From NCBI GenBank assembly GCA_046330385.1, contig JAXLSV010000007.1:44718-108717 (forward strand): a stretch of DNA of 64,000 nucleotides. Reading direction: 5' to 3'. A program made the translations under genes and the position numbers. This document shows, in pieces, positions 62,942 to 64,000 of the stretch (positions are counted from its first letter, which is position 1; every line of letters starts with the position of its first letter). This DNA is from Gaiellales bacterium. GTDB taxonomy: Bacteria; Actinomycetota; Thermoleophilia; Gaiellales; Gaiellaceae. The notes under the pieces are model-generated. The model was not told the DNA's origin. It worked only from the letters and a program-made list of their open reading frames with translations, and ran no database searches.

Positions 62942-64000
62942 CGCAGCTCTCCGGTCGGAGAGACCCGAACGGAACGCTTGCCGAAGTCGGCCTTCGAGAG
63001 CGTGCGCACGCTGCCGTGCGCCGCCTCGGTGGCATCGAGCGCGGGAATCCCGTTGGCGTCGAGCCTCGTCGCGACAAGCGTGCCGCTCTCGTAGGAGCCG
63101 TCGCCACGAAGCGTCACGCGCAGGATCCCGCTCACCGAAAGCGGCCCGCCGAGCGAGAACACCTTGAAGCCGCCGAAGTTGCCGAGCGAATAGGCGATCA
63201 GCCGATGCCGGTACCACTCCATCCCCCGCAGCACATGCGGACCATGGCCGACGACGAGGTCGGCGCCGGCGTCGACGACCGCATGGGCGAAGGCACGCAC
63301 GTTACCCCGGTTCTCCCCAAGGTAGGTCTCGGTGCGGCGCGGCACGTGCTGGTGGTCCGTGCCCTCGGCGCCCGCGTGCATCGTCACCACGACGAGGTCG
63401 GCCTTGGCAGCAGCCTTCCGCACCAGGCGCGCCGCCTTCGGGATGTCGGTGAGCGACGAGGCCCACGGGTAGGGGGCGAACCCGAGCAGAGCCACCCGCA
63501 CGTCGTCGACATCAACGTACGCGACCTCGTTCGGGCGCCCGGTGTGGAGAAGCCCGACGCGGTCGAGCGCAGCGATCGTCTCCGCCTGCCCCTCTGGCCC
63601 GAAGTCGTATGCGTGGTTGTTCGCAAGGTTCAGCACGTTGAAGCCCGCGCGCTTCAACCACTTCGCGTACGACGGAGGTGTCTGGAACGCGAAGCAGTTG
63701 GTGCTCGACGGGCCGCACTTGGAGCTGCCGCCCGTCGAGAGCGTGCCCTCGAGGTTGCCGAGGACGACATCGCCCGCGAGGTCGGCCTGCACGTCGGCGA
63801 AGAACCCGCGCCCACCGTCCGCAGGGAGGTTCGGCGAAGAGCCCATCACGATGTCGCCTGTCGCGGCGATCGTGACGATCCCCGACGGCGGCGGCTGCAC
63901 CGGCACCGGCGGCGGCGCTGGCGCTTTCGGGCCGGCGGGCGACGCGGCGTTCGCCGTCGCCGTCACGGGCGGGCCGGGGTGCGTGTCGACGACGAGCGAC
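62938..64000 (-). CDS. CapA/PGA_cap-family metallophosphatase-like protein, 5' end beyond the window
   Basis: ATGDIV, GNLEG, LANNHAYDFG, MHAG, GHGPHV, YSLGNF; frame stays open to position 64000. Confidence 0.85.
   Translation of the reverse strand, partial: SLVVDTHPGPPVTATANAASPAGPKAPAPPPVPVQPPPSGIVTIAATGDIVMGSSPNLPADGGRGFFADVQADLAGDVVLGNLEGTLSTGGSSKCGPSSTNCFAFQTPPSYAKWLKRAGFNVLNLANNHAYDFGPEGQAETIAALDRVGLLHTGRPNEVAYVDVDDVRVALLGFAPYPWASSLTDIPKAARLVRKAAAKADLVVVTMHAGAEGTDHQHVPRRTETYLGENRGNVRAFAHAVVDAGADLVVGHGPHVLRGMEWYRHRLIAYSLGNFGGFKVFSLGGPLSVSGILRVTLRGDGSYESGTLVATRLDANGIPALDATEAAHGSVRTLSKADFGKRSVRVSPTGELR

Noticed and set aside
62938-64000. Poly-gamma-glutamate capsule locus
   Set aside because: Only a CapA-domain protein is visible; such proteins are widespread without capB/capC, which are not in the window.

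Overview
A 64-kb segment of a very GC-rich bacterial chromosome. Gene content and many leaderless-type starts suggest an actinobacterium, possibly Thermoleophilia/Gaiellales, but that is inference. About 60 real CDS are present, most on the minus strand; the many long Arg/Ala/Pro-rich ORFs in the track are antisense or off-frame shadows. From left to right: (1) a ribose-type sugar ABC transporter, a thiolase-DUF35-MaoC module and a divergent MetE-core/serine-hydrolase pair, tied together by a shared 32-bp direct-repeat site; (2) small accessory genes and a MocR regulator; (3) a ~39-kb catabolic region (13.5-52.8 kb) with two more ABC importers, a NicX-like pyridine-ring dioxygenase, three paralogous ATP-dependent hydantoinase/oxoprolinase-family systems (two split, one fused, one with a coupled 65-aa Cys-rich protein), RraA-, DapA- and D-threonine-aldolase-like lyases, two Rid proteins, a PhyH dioxygenase, a hydrolase-cupin fusion, an AcoABC-like 2-oxoacid dehydrogenase and two GntR regulators, with a recurring CTATA-N3-TATAG palindrome over three promoters; (4) a type III glutamate-ammonia ligase with a GAF-PucR regulator, REP-like repeats, an MFS transporter and a kynureninase-like enzyme; (5) a three-gene Phd-VapC operon, an ATPase with a nuclease-like C-terminus, an epimerase and a partial CapA gene. 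No rRNA, tRNA, CRISPR array, integrase or transposase was seen. All family calls come from motif reading by eye; no database search was run.
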